DNA of 64,000 bases from a virus, in UHGV virus genome UHGV-1373362; one strand, 5' to 3'. The notes under the pieces are model-generated. The model saw only the letters and a list, made by a program, of their open reading frames with translations. It searched no databases and was not told where the DNA came from. This document shows positions 10,497-21,400 of the stretch, piece by piece (position 1 is the first letter of the stretch; each line of letters starts with the position of its first letter). Position numbers and translations under genes: made by a program.

Positions 10497-11627
10497 TTAA
10501 TCTACGTCTAAATCGTTGATTGTTATTACTTTATTGTTTATTGGAGGTTTAGCTCCCCCTGACGGTTTTTTTACAACCGATTTAGCAGCATTAGGTTTCA
10601 GTCCGGATTTAGCATCCTCGTAACCCTTGTTATAGTTAGTCTTAGCTGCCTCTGTAATCTTCTGCTTATAATAACCTGAAATTTGGCTAAATGCCTCTTG
10701 TCCCTTTAATGCATACCAAACCATACCAACTAAAGTCTTAGGATCATTCAAGGCTTTGGCAATATGCCTAACTCCAGTAACATCTGAGTCTAAGATAAAG
10801 CTAGCAATTTCATTCATATCGTCCTCAGACAAGGTTAGTCGGGACTCACCCAGATCAATAGTGTCACTCTCTTGAATTGCAGCTACAATAGTATCTTCGA
10901 ACTCTTGAGCAGCTTTTTCTGCTTCTAATCTTCGTTCTTCCTCCTCTTGTTGAGCTGCTAACTCTTCCCTCTTCTTATACTCACTACGAATACTCTGAAC
11001 TTTCTTCTGATAAAGAGACTCATTCTGTTTAGCTAATTCAAGTTCTGAAGCAGCATCCTCATCAGTGAGTTCTGGGATCTTTGCTTTTAAATCTGCTACA
11101 TATAATTCATCATCTGGTATAGAATCGACCTCGAATGTAGGAGTTTCTTCCGTATGACTGGCCAGATACTCTTGAATGGCCTGTCTTCCAATGTATTCTT
11201 TATATTCATCAACACTCAGACCATTAGTTCTAAGCTCGTTAATGATAGAAATTTCATCATCTGCAAGACCATAATCATCGTCAGATTCATTATACTTTAG
11301 AATCTGCAATTGTTCTTCTCTAGTAAGATCATTAAAATCTTTCTCCTCAATATCTCCAGTTTCAGTTTGAAACTTTATAGAACCTGGATTGATTCCTCTA
11401 TCTTTTAGTAGGGCAGCAACCAGATCATCCTCTGTTTCTTCTTCTTGAATGGCATCTGGATCATCTGCGGGAGGTGGTGTTGTGTCATCATCACCCATCC
11501 AAGGCTTTGTAAACGTATCCTCATTGAATACATCAACATCTTCACCTGGTTCACCTAAACCTACATCATCAATGTCTAAATCCTCTAATTTCATTTCCAT
11601 ATTAATCCCTCTTAAAGTTATTTGCAA
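10497..11627 (-). CDS. Acidic, coiled-coil protein of 376 aa, a scaffolding-protein candidate.
   Basis: The protein is very rich in D and E, with a central EEEERRLEAEKAAQEFE coiled coil. The ORF track start at 11627 is actually a TTG. The first ATG is at 11600 (residues MEMK) and sits 24 nt downstream of a TAACTTTG -7 motif, so the true start is probably 11600. Confidence 0.55.
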   Translation of the reverse strand: MQITLRGINMEMKLEDLDIDDVGLGEPGEDVDVFNEDTFTKPWMGDDDTTPPPADDPDAIQEEETEDDLVAALLKDRGINPGSIKFQTETGDIEEKDFNDLTREEQLQILKYNESDDDYGLADDEISIINELRTNGLSVDEYKEYIGRQAIQEYLASHTEETPTFEVDSIPDDELYVADLKAKIPELTDEDAASELELAKQNESLYQKKVQSIRSEYKKREELAAQQEEEERRLEAEKAAQEFEDTIVAAIQESDTIDLGESRLTLSEDDMNEIASFILDSDVTGVRHIAKALNDPKTLVGMVWYALKGQEAFSQISGYYKQKITEAAKTNYNKGYEDAKSGLKPNAAKSVVKKPSGGAKPPINNKVITINDLDVD

Positions 11628-11632
11628 AGTTA
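11625..11632 (-). promoter_or_regulatory. Bacteroidetes-type -7 promoter element, TAACTTTG read on the minus strand.
   Basis: The minus-strand sequence TTATTTAACTTTGC matches the TAnnTTTG consensus. The same 14-mer recurs upstream of gene 30367-30654. Confidence 0.4.
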
Positions 11633-11699
11633 AATAAATTTTATCGTATGTTAAAACGATTCATAGAATTTCGTTAAAGATTCTAAATTACAGCATTTA

Positions 11700-12293
11700 T
11701 TAACCTTGAATTGCCTTTACATAATTCAATATACCATTTACATGAGTATTAATAATAGATCTTCTCCCTTCCTCTGATAGAAGGAATTCTACATCCTCTT
11801 TATTATCCTGAAATAAGTTCTCAGTGAGAACTGCTGGACAGCTAGTTTCCCTACATATAGCTAGGTTTTGCTTCCAATATACTTGTGTTTGTGAATATTT
11901 TCTTAGTGTTAGTCCCTCTGCTTGGGCTGCTTTAAATAAGCACTCTGCTAGTTTTTTACTTTTGCTTGAGCTATTATTCGATATAAATACACTCCATCCT
12001 TTTGCATTTAGCCAACTTGACCCATCACCAGCAGCATTACAGTGAATCGACACCAATACAGTATTAGCTCTACCATGTTTATCACAGTATTGGTTTACTA
12101 TTTTACATCTCTGCATCAGTGGTATATCTTCGTTGTCTTCTACTACTCTATGAACTTCAAACCCCTTGGAGGCAAGCTGTTTCATAATTTCATCTGCAAT
12201 CTCTCTTGTATACTTATATTCCCTGAGTCTGCCATCCGGGCTTCTTTTACCCGGAGTAGACTCACCATGTCCTGTATCTAATAAAATTATCAT
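11700..12293 (-). CDS. N-acetylmuramoyl-L-alanine amidase of the Amidase_3 family (a peptidoglycan hydrolase).
   Basis: The N-terminus ILLDTGHGESTPGKR matches the Amidase_3 hDaGHGG-dpG motif. A conserved Glu occurs in YKYTREIADE, and SIHCNAAG matches the SIHaNA zinc-ligand motif. Confidence 0.75.
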   Translation of the reverse strand: MIILLDTGHGESTPGKRSPDGRLREYKYTREIADEIMKQLASKGFEVHRVVEDNEDIPLMQRCKIVNQYCDKHGRANTVLVSIHCNAAGDGSSWLNAKGWSVFISNNSSSKSKKLAECLFKAAQAEGLTLRKYSQTQVYWKQNLAICRETSCPAVLTENLFQDNKEDVEFLLSEEGRRSIINTHVNGILNYVKAIQG

Positions 12294-12616
12294 AGTTTAT
12301 TAAACTTTAAACATGTATCAAGGAGGTTTAAATCAATCTTACCCTCATCGTCTAATTTCTTTATACTATTTTGGATGATTTTGATTTGGTCTATATTAAG
12401 ATCGAAGTCTTTACCTAGATCTTTGGACATATCCCATTGAATTTTGCCTTCTGCCTCGTTGTAATTAATTTCATTACGCTCTTCTTCAGAGAACTTGATC
12501 TTTTTAACCAAATCCATTACTTCAACCATTTCGGTCAATTTACCGTTAGCTGGTAAAATTGATATAACTACCAGTCTGTCTCTCACGTTCAAATTTACTA
12601 TCATACTATTCTTCAA
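12290..12616 (-). CDS. Hypothetical protein, 108 aa.
   Basis: An ORF in the tiling with 4-nt and 11-nt overlaps. Confidence 0.45.
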   Translation of the reverse strand: MKNSMIVNLNVRDRLVVISILPANGKLTEMVEVMDLVKKIKFSEEERNEINYNEAEGKIQWDMSKDLGKDFDLNIDQIKIIQNSIKKLDDEGKIDLNLLDTCLKFNKL

Positions 12617-15600
12617 TTACGTTTACAATCAATCCATTTACTACTACAATCCTAACCTTATCTAAGTCTATACCTTTACCAAATGTTACTCCCATATACC
12701 TCCTTCCTTTTTCAGGATAATTAGGTTTAGTTATAGACACACCATCATAGTCTACTGCATCATCAGAAGGAGTTATAACTGTTTTACCTGTCACAGTATG
12801 ATTACTCTCTGTAGTAATTTCATGTCCCAAGTGTGCCCCAGTATTTAAAAATACTGGACCATCTGCATATAAAGCAAACCTATATTTCTCTAAATTTGGG
12901 TATGTTATATTTTCTTTAAGGTCTGTACTATAACAAGTTGTATAAATTCCAGTGCCCCAACCTTGAACCCTTAAACCCATGAACGCATTTGAGGTTACAA
13001 AGTTATTTTGAATGTCTACAAGTGCATTTCTAGCCCAACTTGACCAGTCATTAGCTCTTCCTATCTTCACAGAATTAGTATATGTAGACCCAAGATAGGA
13101 AGTTATTTTACTATATTCAAGTCTATCTTGTACTATTTTAAACTGACCTATGAATGCACCATTTCTAACTACAAGATTAGTGGTATCTATCTTATCAGCC
13201 GATATACTACCTGTGGCAATCATGTTTCCATTAATTGTAGTTTGTCCTATAACCCCTTGAACTTTGCTTGTAAATATAGCAGACCCCTCAAAGTTGATCT
13301 TATCAGCACTAATGGTAACTTCAGACACATCATTGTTAATTGCAGTCATAATAGAAGCTGCATTAGCTACAGTTCCATCTTCATTAAGAATTGCGCTAAA
13401 CATTACACTTAAGTTGGATTTGGTAACAAACCCACTAGTTTCAGTAGGAACCCAATTACCATCTGGATCTATATATCCTAATTTAGACACTGTCATTTCG
13501 AACTGGTCTGCCCTCATAGATAGGTGGGCAATATTTCCTTTATTGTCATCTACTGTAGCACTGATACCATCTATATCTATAACAAGCTGTGTATACTTAT
13601 CGTTTAAATCTCCAAATAGGAACTCAGCATAATCTTTATTAAAATCAACTACTGACTGCCCTGTACTTAAATAAAATTCTCCAGTTAGGAAAACATTCTC
13701 ACCATATAAACCAAATCCATAGGGTTGTTTAGTTCCGAAAACCTCATTGTTAATTCCTTCAAGATTGCCAAGTCTTACCTTAGTACTTTTCGTGTATGCA
13801 TGTCTATACTTACCATTTGTACCTTTAGCTACAGCTGAGTGTATAGTTGGCCTGTCAGTAATAAAGAAACCATATTTAGATGGATTTGCTAATATAGTAG
13901 AAGTGATCTCAGTGGTAGTGCCATCATTAATGAGTACCTCATAAAGATCCTCCTGCTTTTCATCCTCAGCTTTGGTCACCTTAACAAATACTAATGGATA
14001 TTCCTTAGTATTACTAGTAATATGCGAAGGTTTCTCATGGCTGTTTATATACTTGGGATTAACTGTTTGATAATAGTAATCAGCTGCATCTCCCTTAGAA
14101 TATATGGTGCCTTTCTTTTTAATAAATGCCTTCTTCATATCATAGACTGGAATATCATACAATACTGAATAGTCAGGTTTGTCCAATCCAGATACTATAT
14201 CAATGTAAGGCCCTTGATCATCACAAGAAGTAAGATAGATAGCGTTCTGTCTACTTACGTCTTGAATGTTTCCCATTTGAATCATATCATCCTTTGCGGC
14301 AATATCATCTAGCCTACTTTCTGGGGTGCTGGACTTACTAGATGATTCTATAGTACCAGTAGCAGAACTATAACTCTGCTCTGTCTTATTATATTGGGTA
14401 TTGTTGTATTCCTCCTTAGATGATATTAAAGTACCATCATCTCCGTAATGCAACTCAGTATATATGTCAAACACTGAAGTTGCCTTCATCATTATATACC
14501 TTCTGCTTTCGATTTGATTAACAACCAAAGCATCATAATACTTAATATTACCATCAGTATACTTTTGACACCTTATTATGTCGCCAGCCTTTAAAGTAGG
14601 GTACTCATCTGGGTCAGTATCTACAACCCATAAATTTGGAACAGGGATCACAGGCTTATTACCTGAATTTATCTGCTCATTAGCCTGCCCAATTGCTGTA
14701 TTCATTAATGAGTTGTCAAGTGCAAAGTACTTATAGAAAGTTTTGATTTCCACCAGACTTTTACTATTTAATCCATTAGCTTCATAATCATCCATTGCAG
14801 ATGCATTCTTTGGAATCATCACAAATGAAATATCCTTATTGATGGAATCAGAATAAGTATATTCTAATGGATCATTATCGGGAGACCATTTACTAACTAC
14901 CCTTTCCTTACTAATATAATACAAGCTTATAGCCCCCTTATATTTTTTATATTCATCTTCTGATACTGAACCAGTATATTGACTATATTCTTTAGCTAGT
15001 ATAGACTCATCGTATAAGCTTTGTGGCCCTTTAAATAAAGGACTATTTACAACAGCTTCAGCATTCTTTATATGTATAATAAATTTATAATTAATAAATG
15101 TTTTGGCTGTGGTATTAATAGTACTTGGTTTAGATAACTCCTTAGTGAGAGTAACCTGGCTTTCTATATTGGATGACACTTGTGGAAGATAATAACTCCC
15201 AGAGTTTAAAATCCTCAACATAGCATCCTTATTTTCTTGGGAGCCTGTCCAAACCCCAAAGCTACCTAGTTGTGATGAGGTTAAGATTATAGGTTGTACC
15301 GCAGCTTCACACTTACATGAATTACTAACCCATAAAGAGCCATTAGTTGCACTGATTTTATTGATTACCATTTCATATACCCTCATAGCTTTTCTAACTA
15401 CCAAGTAGTCTACTGTAAGGGTATTGGTATCAGCATCAAGCCTCCAGCCATAACCACTGAATCCAGATGCAAATTCAGGAGAGGTTAAACTATTACTAGC
15501 TACCAAATCTCCATACATTCTTACGTTTTGTTTAAATACCCAGTTGTTCTCTGAGGTACCTTTACCCTTAAATGTCCAATTACCAGTAATTACTTCATCG

Positions 15601-16085
15601 ACTTTCTTTTTAGCAAGATCCTCATATGAATAACCACCTAAATATTCGGCATTTAAGTTTCTAACCAACTTAGACGAAGCTACAACTAATGGTGCTGCAA
15701 CTGTATTAATTTCAAGTTGGCCTGTCATTGTATCTCCCTTACGTCTTACATAACCATCATCAGCACCTTCTGCTGCTTCTATTAACGCTACGTAATGATT
15801 ATCGTATGAAAGATATAATGTTGTATTTAGAGTGTTGTAAACGAAGAATCCATCTCCAGGATACTCCATTTCTTCCATCTCTAATGTACTATGAACTATT
15901 ATAGTGCGGCTCCCAATATCTGACTCCGACGATTTGTCTAATAGCTTTAAGACATCACTAAGGACTCTAGAACTATTTCCAGTTTTAATGTAAACCTTAC
16001 CTAGAGTTTCTAGTACCAGGTCAGTATATTTATTACCTACTATGACTTTGTCGTTTCCTAAAAAGGATTCAGTTCTGACTTCCAT
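12606..16085 (-). CDS. Large tail or structural protein, 1159 aa.
   Basis: A 3.5-kb ORF whose Ser/Thr/Asn-rich, beta-rich composition is typical of tail fibres or spikes. Confidence 0.7.
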   Translation of the reverse strand: MEVRTESFLGNDKVIVGNKYTDLVLETLGKVYIKTGNSSRVLSDVLKLLDKSSESDIGSRTIIVHSTLEMEEMEYPGDGFFVYNTLNTTLYLSYDNHYVALIEAAEGADDGYVRRKGDTMTGQLEINTVAAPLVVASSKLVRNLNAEYLGGYSYEDLAKKKVDEVITGNWTFKGKGTSENNWVFKQNVRMYGDLVASNSLTSPEFASGFSGYGWRLDADTNTLTVDYLVVRKAMRVYEMVINKISATNGSLWVSNSCKCEAAVQPIILTSSQLGSFGVWTGSQENKDAMLRILNSGSYYLPQVSSNIESQVTLTKELSKPSTINTTAKTFINYKFIIHIKNAEAVVNSPLFKGPQSLYDESILAKEYSQYTGSVSEDEYKKYKGAISLYYISKERVVSKWSPDNDPLEYTYSDSINKDISFVMIPKNASAMDDYEANGLNSKSLVEIKTFYKYFALDNSLMNTAIGQANEQINSGNKPVIPVPNLWVVDTDPDEYPTLKAGDIIRCQKYTDGNIKYYDALVVNQIESRRYIMMKATSVFDIYTELHYGDDGTLISSKEEYNNTQYNKTEQSYSSATGTIESSSKSSTPESRLDDIAAKDDMIQMGNIQDVSRQNAIYLTSCDDQGPYIDIVSGLDKPDYSVLYDIPVYDMKKAFIKKKGTIYSKGDAADYYYQTVNPKYINSHEKPSHITSNTKEYPLVFVKVTKAEDEKQEDLYEVLINDGTTTEITSTILANPSKYGFFITDRPTIHSAVAKGTNGKYRHAYTKSTKVRLGNLEGINNEVFGTKQPYGFGLYGENVFLTGEFYLSTGQSVVDFNKDYAEFLFGDLNDKYTQLVIDIDGISATVDDNKGNIAHLSMRADQFEMTVSKLGYIDPDGNWVPTETSGFVTKSNLSVMFSAILNEDGTVANAASIMTAINNDVSEVTISADKINFEGSAIFTSKVQGVIGQTTINGNMIATGSISADKIDTTNLVVRNGAFIGQFKIVQDRLEYSKITSYLGSTYTNSVKIGRANDWSSWARNALVDIQNNFVTSNAFMGLRVQGWGTGIYTTCYSTDLKENITYPNLEKYRFALYADGPVFLNTGAHLGHEITTESNHTVTGKTVITPSDDAVDYDGVSITKPNYPEKGRRYMGVTFGKGIDLDKVRIVVVNGLIVNVIEE

Positions 16086-16416
16086 TATTAGCTTTTAATG
16101 TTTTGAATATCTTTTCGAACTCATCAATGTCAGCCTCTCCAAACTTAATTGATTTACCAAATAGTTTTACAACATATCCGTTCTTAGCATGAATCTTCAT
16201 AACATCACGTAAAGCATTCCCGAATAGGTTAATATTTATATTTCCACCTTTATCTAAAAATGGCTCCAAATACATTCCATACTTATCATAAGCATTATTA
16301 ACTACGTATGTTATAAGAGTATCAGTTCCTATAGTGTTAATACCAAATAGGTTACTTACTAAGTTCTTTGTGAATGTGTTTGCTGCCTGAAATAGTAATT
16401 CTTTATCACTCATCAT
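16069..16416 (-). CDS. Hypothetical protein, 115 aa.
   Basis: An ORF in the tiling. Confidence 0.45.
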   Translation of the reverse strand: MMSDKELLFQAANTFTKNLVSNLFGINTIGTDTLITYVVNNAYDKYGMYLEPFLDKGGNININLFGNALRDVMKIHAKNGYVVKLFGKSIKFGEADIDEFEKIFKTLKANNGSQN

Positions 16417-16865
16417 TTGCTGGCTGATTTATTCATCATAAGTTCATCAAATCTCTTTTTCATTTCTGGGTCACTTTCCATTAATTCTAATAAAGTGTTT
16501 ACTTTCTCTTCTTTAGCTTTTATTTGAGATTGAATAAATTCTTTACTCTTTTTAATGGTTGCAAGTAAATTCTCTGCTGCTACCTTACCATCAGGTGAAC
16601 TTACATACTCTTGACTAAATTTATTACCCAAAAATGTCATGAAGCCTGCTTCATAAGTTTGCTTGGCCATTTGATATTCCTGAGTTTTAGCAAGAACATT
16701 CTGTTCATCTATAGACAGAGACCCAACCTCTCTGTTTATTTCGTCCAAGATAGGTTGGGTCTTCTGCTGTGCTGCTTGTGCTTGTTGCATCACTTGTAGT
16801 TGTTGTAAGTATTGATTTTGTAAATCGGTAAGGTTACTTCCGAATGGTTGTCCAAACATTGACAT
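16413..16865 (-). CDS. Gln-rich hypothetical protein, 150 aa.
   Basis: An ORF with a Q-rich N-terminal half. Confidence 0.45.
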   Translation of the reverse strand: MSMFGQPFGSNLTDLQNQYLQQLQVMQQAQAAQQKTQPILDEINREVGSLSIDEQNVLAKTQEYQMAKQTYEAGFMTFLGNKFSQEYVSSPDGKVAAENLLATIKKSKEFIQSQIKAKEEKVNTLLELMESDPEMKKRFDELMMNKSASK

Positions 16866-16868
16866 AGA

Positions 16869-17414
16869 TTATGCATTAGGGACTGGTGTTGTAACTGGTT
16901 GAATCTCAAATACTGAGTAAGCACAATTACCTTTAACTGGCAACGATGTAGGCAACTCATTTAAAATAGCTTGGTTAACTATACTGACTCCGTTAGGAAT
17001 TATAACATCTACTACTTTATTAGATTCAACATTAATATCTGTAACAGTCTCACTAGTAGCTGAAGTTGCTATAATAGTTGATGTGGTATCTGTAACTACT
17101 CTAACATGTCCTTTACAGTCGGTATATTGTAAGTTATGAATTATATCTAACTTAGTTACCTGTAAATAGCTAGCTGCACCAGTTTGCGCTGTATTAATAA
17201 CCTTAGCCCACCTTTGACTGATTGATAATGTAGACACAGGAGCTACTGATGCATTTGCTCCACATGGTAACGATACATTAAATTCAATCACCTGACCATT
17301 ATTCTCCGATATAGGAGTAATTTTAACTTTCATTTTAGTTTGTGTTTTAGATAAAAATAATAAAGGGAGACTATGTAACATAATCTCCCTCTGGTATCTT
17401 ACTGAGCAGTACAA
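16869..17414 (-). CDS. Hypothetical protein, 181 aa.
   Basis: An ORF in the tiling. Confidence 0.45.
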   Translation of the reverse strand: MYCSVRYQREIMLHSLPLLFLSKTQTKMKVKITPISENNGQVIEFNVSLPCGANASVAPVSTLSISQRWAKVINTAQTGAASYLQVTKLDIIHNLQYTDCKGHVRVVTDTTSTIIATSATSETVTDINVESNKVVDVIIPNGVSIVNQAILNELPTSLPVKGNCAYSVFEIQPVTTPVPNA

Positions 17415-18274
17415 CTAGGACAAGTACTGTTAATAGCTGTATTTACTGCATTCCAGTTAGAAGCAGCTTGACCAGCATACATACCTGTTCCATATTGCGT
17501 AAACGGACTACAGTATAGTGGAGAAATACTAGGAACTGGAGCACATAAGTCACTGTAAGCATATTTCAACTGTCCAGTAATCTTATGGTCTAATTGTCTC
17601 TGTAAATCACCAGCAGCAACTAATAGTTGTTTCTCAGATTTGCAGCAGCAATTGTCTGAATATCTCTCAGCGTTTACTTTGTTAAGTTCAAACATTAGAG
17701 GTAAAGCAGCAGCAGTAGCAGCCTCTTTCTTCTCTAACTCATTGATTCTAGTGCTTAATCTCTCGAAGAGATCAGTCTTCTCCTGTACGTCTTGTTCTCT
17801 CCTCTTATAAAGCTCATCACATAATCTCATGTTCTGAGCGTTATCACGAGTGATTATATCAACGTACATTCCACTCTTCTCTTGTAGGTCTTCTACTCTG
17901 CCTTTCCAGATTTGGTTTGTTAGAATTTGAGTTTCGTTTCCAATTCTTTCGTTAGTAGCTAGATTTCTACTATTGATGTAAGTGTACAAGTCTACATCAT
18001 CTTGCAAAGATTGAACTCTATTGTTCCAAGCTAAGTTTTGTGACATTTCCCCTTGTACCATAGCAGTTTGCATAGCTTTCTCAGCTAGACAGTTGCCATT
18101 GTTTCCACCAAATAGACCTCCAAGGATTCCTCCGTTGTTTCCACAGCCGCAGCCACCGTTGTTACCGAATGCTGATAAAGCTGTTCCAATAATACCTAGA
18201 GTGAGAGCAGCATTGGTGCGACCCTTGCTACCAAATTTGTCCTCTGCCTCATGCATTGTCAAAAATTCTGCCAT
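17399..18274 (-). CDS. Gly/Asn/Cys-rich protein, 291 aa.
   Basis: An ORF with a GNNGGCGCGNNGGILGGLFGGNNGNC segment followed by a coiled-coil region. Confidence 0.5.
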   Translation of the reverse strand: MAEFLTMHEAEDKFGSKGRTNAALTLGIIGTALSAFGNNGGCGCGNNGGILGGLFGGNNGNCLAEKAMQTAMVQGEMSQNLAWNNRVQSLQDDVDLYTYINSRNLATNERIGNETQILTNQIWKGRVEDLQEKSGMYVDIITRDNAQNMRLCDELYKRREQDVQEKTDLFERLSTRINELEKKEAATAAALPLMFELNKVNAERYSDNCCCKSEKQLLVAAGDLQRQLDHKITGQLKYAYSDLCAPVPSISPLYCSPFTQYGTGMYAGQAASNWNAVNTAINSTCPSCTAQ

Positions 18275-18382
18275 AAATGTTGTGTTTGTGTGTGTTATTT
18301 TATCCCAATCTGTTAAGTGCGCTCCTTAACTTTTAATAATGCAAATTTACCCATTCTTAAAGGTCTTACCAAAGAATAATTG

Positions 18383-18434
18383 TTAACATATGTTAAAGAT
18401 ACCAAAATGATTTTGGGAATATCCTGGTATCTTT
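18383..18434. promoter_or_regulatory. Cluster of palindromes in a 170-nt intergenic region.
   Basis: A perfect 14-bp palindrome TTAACATATGTTAA lies at 18383-18396. It is followed by the nested inverted repeats AAAGATACCA...TGGTATCTTT (18395-18404 and 18425-18434) and CCAAAATgATTTTGG (18402-18416). Confidence 0.4.
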
Positions 18435-18444
18435 AACTAATATA

Positions 18445-21400
18445 TTACAGCCACTCAGCAGGAAGTAATCTTGTTTCAAGATTATCCACGTTGGTGATAT
18501 TACTTTTAGTACATCCCGATAAATATCCAGAGACTACATTCAGTATCTGGTATGAGGATGATGGAAACTCCGGAACTTCTCCCATCATGTCCTTGCAGTA
18601 ATAAAACATATTACTAATATCATTAATATTGTAGCATGTTAACAATAGTGATTTCTCTACTAACAGCAATCCTGTAGGTATATACCAGTTATATGATGCC
18701 CCAACTGAGAACATTCCAGACGCCTTAGTAATCTTAGTATTATTTTTAAATATTTCACTAAAGTTTATCTGAGGGTAACTAGTTTCAACACCATCGGCTT
18801 TATATTCTCTGTTATCAAATGTACAATTAGACCATAGCTCTGATACCAACTTCAGATTAGCATTGTTTTTAAATAGATCAGAGTTTATATCTACTCCTAC
18901 TTCTATTATAGTTTCCGAGAACATCTGTGATATATCCTCCAATGCTTTGTTATATTTAAACAGATCTGGTGGGTACTTAATTCCCCTAGTACGAGTTTGT
19001 CCATTTAAATTTACAAATGCACAGAATCTAGTTCCCTTAAATACTCCGTTAAGTGCGGTATTATCTACTAATGATTCAAATAACTTACAAGGTATTCTTC
19101 CAACTAACCCTTGTACATTTTCAGTAGTTACAATGCTGTATTGTCCTGTAGCTGGATCGAATTCCTTAATATTCTCATAATAGAATAAATCAGTAAGTGC
19201 ATTTTCAAGGGTACACCTTGGTGAACAATATCTAAAGTAATCAGTAGGGATTGCATAATTCTGATGCCCAGGTTCAGACAAGTCCAGTCCCTGTGCTCCT
19301 ATAGAAGCTTTTTGTTGGGCATCATATTTGAAATATTTTTCAGTAAGTCTGGCCTTAACTTCATCTAACCCTGACTCACTACTAGTAGCACCTTCCCATC
19401 CATAACCGTCAAGATACCAAACATCAAATGCTTGCTCTCCGGGGTTATAGTCCTCACTACTAGAATCTTCATTTCTATCATAGTTATATGACTTCTTCAT
19501 ATTACTTACATCCAACTTATAAGTGACTTGACCTCCTGGAGCACTTACTATATGATCATCCCATGTTGTCCAGGTCATGTCGGGAACTAGAGTTTCCCCT
19601 ACACTAATTGTTCTGATTTCATCATATCCTAAACACCAACATCCTTTGAATACCTCACTAATATTGGTAATTGTTCTAGATATTGTTTTGACACCATCAT
19701 TTTCCCTATGCATAAAGAACAATCTATAAGGTATTCCTCCAAATACCCCACTGTTCTCAAACATATTAGAAACATCAGCTAGGGCACAATTCTTAAACCC
19801 TTCTCCCACTAGTTTTAGCTTTAGATTGTTACATCCACCAAACATACGTTTAGTGGTTGCCAAACTAACGCAATCATCGAACATACCTTTAGTAATACCA
19901 TCATCTTGATATGTAGGTGGGAACTGATATGCTTGGTTATCATTGTTGATAGGCATATTAGCAAAGAAGGATTCTATACTGTTAAGGAGTCTGCAGTTTC
20001 TAAATATATTAGCAGGTATTTTATGCGCCCCGATCTCGTCAGCTGGTTTTACTCCAACAAAGATACCTATTGCCTGTCTTAAAGTAGAAGCAATACCCTG
20101 AAATACATCCCCCATTTCTGACAAGTTCACAGTAAGTTCTCCAGAACTTTCCTCAAAAGGATATTGTATAGATGTAAACGTTGGTATATAATATGTAGTC
20201 CCATTACTACTAATCGTTTGTGATATGCCCCCAAACACGTTAGGACCCAGCTTTCCAACTAACTTTACTCCACTGTATAAGGTATTAGACAATACCATAG
20301 CTTGAGCAGGCTTGTTTATTGTGTGGAATAAGAAAGTGTTGGTTCCTTCGTTTGTAACTTGCATTCTAATCTTACTACATCCAGTAAATACCCCTTTAGG
20401 GTATATACTTATTAGATTCCTTAAATTAATAAAGAATGTTTTAGAATCTAACATCCCAGGGAAGATAGTCTCGGCTCTAGTATCTTCACAGCTTTCTAGT
20501 AAAGAGCAATTTCTGAATATATAGTCAACCTTGGCGATGGGACTATAAATTGTTTGTCCGTTATATACTATTGGGGCAAATACGTTATTATCAATCCATT
20601 CTATAGCTGCACTTTCAAATGCTGCCTCAGCATCACTTAGTTTAGGTAAGAAATCTAAAATGCCCCATGTAGAATCATCATCTGGACTGTAATTTGACTT
20701 TCTAGAGAAAAATATTCCAGTAAGAGTTGTACTAGAAAATGCCTCTTTAATTATACTAACATTAGGACATGGTCTAAACATATCATACCACAAATCACCA
20801 GTAATAAGAGAACACCCTTTAAACATTCCTTCAATTGAGGTTAGGCTGTTTGTTAACCGTGTCATTACATATTTAAAATCATTATATTGTAATGAACTGC
20901 AACCTTCAAACATGAAGTAAGTATCTATAAGATTGTCGTCAAACTTAATATTAGTAACGTTATCGCCCTCTAAGAAGGTATCTGTACCATGTTTCAAATA
21001 GGTATCGTTATCATTTAATACAAACATGGCGTTTCCTCTAAATACTTCTCCTCCTTGGATGTTGAAATATCCCTTTACCCTAGTTAAAGAAGCACAATTT
21101 TTAAATGCACCCGTTGGTAATTCAATAGGATTATTCTTATCATTTTTGCATCTAACCTCCACTAGAGCTGGACAAGAATTGGCATCTATATATTCCAAAT
21201 CTGGAAATGCAGTTAGATTGAGATAATCATCGGATCTATCATTGTATTTTAAGGATGTGATATTAGTTCTACTTATAATTAAAGATTTTAAGCTGTAGAA
21301 GTTGGGTTGTCCATTTACATATAGGGCTGGTAGTACTATGTCAGTAGTTGCTATACCTCCTATATCTAGAGACTCTAAGTTCCAAGCCCCTGTTAGCTCC

